This document shows positions 60,901 to 64,000 of a DNA stretch of 64,000 nt, in pieces; within the stretch, counting starts at the first letter, position 1, and the number at the start of each line of letters is the position of its first letter. Source of the stretch: Trichoplax sp. H2 (lineage: Eukaryota); the NCBI GenBank assembly GCA_003344405.1, contig NOWV01000123.1, positions 62,001 to 126,000 on the forward strand. Direction: 5' to 3'. The position numbers were made by a program, and so were the translations under genes. The notes under the pieces are model-generated. The model was not told the DNA's origin. It worked only from the letters and a program-made list of their open reading frames with translations, and did not search any database.

Positions 60901-63900
60901 TCTTAGTTTCCCTTGTTTACGCAAAGAATTAGGTTAGTATCCGTTTAATACTAAGATAAGTAAGCAATGCTATTCTTTATTGTAGTTTATTCTATTGTAG
61001 ATATACTTTGTGTACATATATCCATATTGATGATTTATTAACTTAAAGTACTAATTGATTTAACATGTAAAGTTACTACTGAAGACGCTGAAAGTGATGA
61101 TGATGACGAAATATTTGATGTAAGAAATTCGCTGCTCAGCCTTTACGATCCGTTCAGTTGTTAACTCTTTTAATTTTAAATCTGCTCTTTTAGAGTTCGT
61201 CTGAAAATTTACAATTCATGAGACAGCTCTGCTTAGCCAAACTGGATGATAACTTACATGTAGAGCTACTTGTAGATATGGAAGCTATTAATAATAAGTA
61301 AGACAGCGACAATGGAATTACTAAATAATTTTTACTTAATGTGTGATATATTAATTTAACACTCGAACTTAAAATTCTCTATGAAACAAAAATGATTTTT
61401 AATAGGGATTTTAGAGTCAGAAGTCAGTTTGTACTATATGTATGTCTAATTTGCCATGCAGTCATTGCAAAATTGAAAGTTCCTTACTATAAATTAAGGT
61501 AAAACTATCGATATTTTTGCTGTTTCCTTGCTCAGCCTATGACATGTAATTAATGTTGCAAATCTCTTTGCTAAATTGATGTAGCTTGTTGTCAAAACTA
61601 TCTTTGCGTAAGGAATTTTTACATTCTTTATGGAGAATAATATGTTCATTAACTGCGACAGCTTCCTTAAGGTATGTTTACTATTTAGTATTGAATCTAT
61701 TCTGGAATTACCTTTGCTGCAATTGTGTGATATTTCTTTCATTTGTCCGTAACTTGAATTATGATAACTACTATCTACTTTAATGAATTTAAAACAATTG
61801 ACTTTTTGGTAGCTCGCAATCGAAATCAGTCTTGCAATTATTAAGTGGTTCATCCCAATTGGTTCACGAAGCTGAAATAATGAATGTACTAATACCCTTA
61901 TTACACACCTTTTGCTGTTGCCTGTACTTGTCATTTTGTTCTTTACATGATACAAGCTTTCAACAAGGTAAAAATTTTTCTGGGTGTAGTTAATTAGAGT
62001 TACCGATTGGTATATCCTGTTAAATGCTTATAAGTGAATAATTGACCCATTACAATCTTCAGTTGTTGTTTCGTATGTTACGTAATTTTATAAAAATCTT
62101 ACCTTAAGATCTTATTGGAATATTTTTAGATAGCGTCGATTTACCATTTGATTTAAATCAGATACGGGATCTATCGGCTAGGTTAAGAGATGCAGCTGTT
62201 GGTATAATTGGAGTCTGTCATTCTCGGCGAAGTAACCATCATTCTTCTTCAATGATTGCATTTAACAAAAGGCCTACGATAGAAGATAACAAAGCAAAAC
62301 TAACACAACAGTGGAGTTTTTACGAATGGCTAACTGTTTGCAGAAGTGTTACAAAACTGGTTAAACACCTATATGATCGAGATTCACGCCTATCATTTTG
62401 CCAGCCGAACCATTGGTTGTCGCCATTAGCTAATATTCAGATTGACAACGTAAGATTATCTACTGAAATTTTTCACTTTGTACAGTTCACAACTTAAAAG
62501 GGTTAACCATTTATTTTTGGAAAACATAGCTGGACTTAGAGTACTTTTTTAAAGATGAAGGTATAGCCTATGTTTCATGCGTTATTATTAACTTAGTACC
62601 TGATTGAAACTGCAATAAACACGTATGTATAAACTCACTTTTCTAATTAGAAATGAGAGGGCGTCCAACTCAAGAAGTAGCGCTGGTACAAGAGCTGCCA
62701 TTTGTCGTTTCCTTCCAAGATAGGATAAAGGTCAGCACATTATCTGTTTTATAATGGCGAATCATGTAATCTTTTAATATCATGCAATCATTGCTCCAAA
62801 TCATTAAGTTCGATATATTCTAACCTCTCTGTTATAGATCTTACACTACCTTGATCGCTTAGATGCAGATGCTAACTCGACTGGTTTAGAACAATTTATG
62901 ATGGGCTCTCTAAGTGCTGTAGTAAAGCGTGGTAGAATGTATGAAGATGCATTTAATGCGCTAACGAAGGAGAAAGGTTAGTAATCATCTACTATTATAG
63001 CGTAGCCACTTTTGCATTTCAGTGTTACTTATGTAATTTTAATTTTATTACTCATATGCGTATGTTGATAGCGCCAAATTTGAAGAAAAAGATTCGTGTT
63101 ACAATTTTAAATGAACAAGGATTAGAAGAAGCGGGCATAGATGGTGGCGGGTTGTTTAGGTATTATTTTTGTTACGTTTTATCTGCTGTCAACTTTGTAT
63201 TTATATTTATGTACTACGATTTAATCGCTTTTTGCTGCAGGGAATTTCTGACCGAGGTCTTAAAGGAAGGATTTAATCCGAACTATGGTCTTTTTAAGCT
63301 CACGCAAGATGGTTGTTTATATCCAAATTCAAATGTAAAGCTTCTTTTATCCGTTAATTAATTATAAATTAATTTTACAAACGCGAATTTAAGCGTACAC
63401 CGGTATTGGTAGTGTTGTAGCAACGATATATTATGATTATAATTATTGATACTCTTTACAGGTACCGGTTATAATTTCAAACTTTCGCGATCATTACTAC
63501 TTCTTAGGTAGAATTCTTGGTAAAGTAAGTTAAACTTTGCAAATATCAATTTTGTAGGATTTAATGTAATGAGATTACATTCTTAACTCTTATGTTCGCT
63601 TATGAAGGCAATATTTGAAAAGCATCTTGTTGAGTTACCGTTAGCTGGATTCTTCTTAAGTAAAATCCTAAGTGATAATAGTGAAGTCGGTATCCATCAT
63701 TTGGCTTCGCTAGATCCTGTGATGTACAAGTGTGTATAGCTTCTGGAACATTGTTGATGATATATTTTGTGTATTTAGTTTATTTTTGAAACTAAGAAAT
63801 TTGTTTAATATGTTTTTATTAATTACATCACTATCACATACAGAAATTTGTTGTCATTAAAGAGCTATCAAGGGGATATAGCAGACCTGGAACTCAACTT

Positions 63901-63934
63901 TACAGTCGTTAATGAAAATCTTGGCGAAGCGGAG
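57905..63934 (+). CDS. UBE3C: HECT E3 ubiquitin ligase UBE3C-like (3' end beyond the window)
   Basis: Exon 1 at 57905-57979 MSARFGFHGDHRPQRMVTLGG; 59267-59320 ERNSFLNRTQQERRKR; IQ motif KKIQATFRGY; LYDRDSRLSFCQPNHWL; ELPFVVSFQDRIK; HECT start IRVTILNEQGLEEAGIDGGGLFREFL, GFNPNYGLF, HYYFLGRILGKA, LASLDPVMYKNLLSLKSY. The catalytic Cys lies outside the window. Confidence 0.92.
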
Positions 63935-64000
63935 GTATGATAAATAATAATATAATAATGATTTCAAGAAACAATTTATTAAGTAAATTTTATATCTTTT

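Noticed and set aside
61494-61955. 153-aa minus-strand ORF and other antisense ORFs (27560, 60154)
   Set aside because: They are antisense shadows of UBE3C or ZSWIM exons and introns, with no recognisable motifs.

Overview
AT-rich eukaryotic (animal) genomic DNA with compact GT-AG introns. The style (short introns, dense housekeeping genes, an intronless LGR-like GPCR) suggests a placozoan such as Trichoplax; this is inference, not proven. Splicing the sequence by hand gives seven protein genes: an intronless class A GPCR (-), an 11-exon DEP-PH-glutathione peroxidase fusion (-), a ZSWIM4/5/6-family gene (+), POLR2E/RPB5 (-), RAD52 (+), TTC39 (+) and a UBE3C-like HECT ligase (+, runs off the window). 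The main finding is the GPx gene. It has an in-frame TGA at the catalytic site (NVASF-U-GLT) and a well-formed type II SECIS in its 3' UTR, and it is spliced in frame to N-terminal DEP and PH domains. That makes it a candidate membrane- or signalling-targeted GPx4-type selenoenzyme, possibly with a mitochondrial isoform. Non-coding features include TACAG/CTGTA low-complexity clusters just upstream of several first exons, several long fold-back/MITE-like elements, two tandem repeats and an allelic duplication around a 20-N gap.
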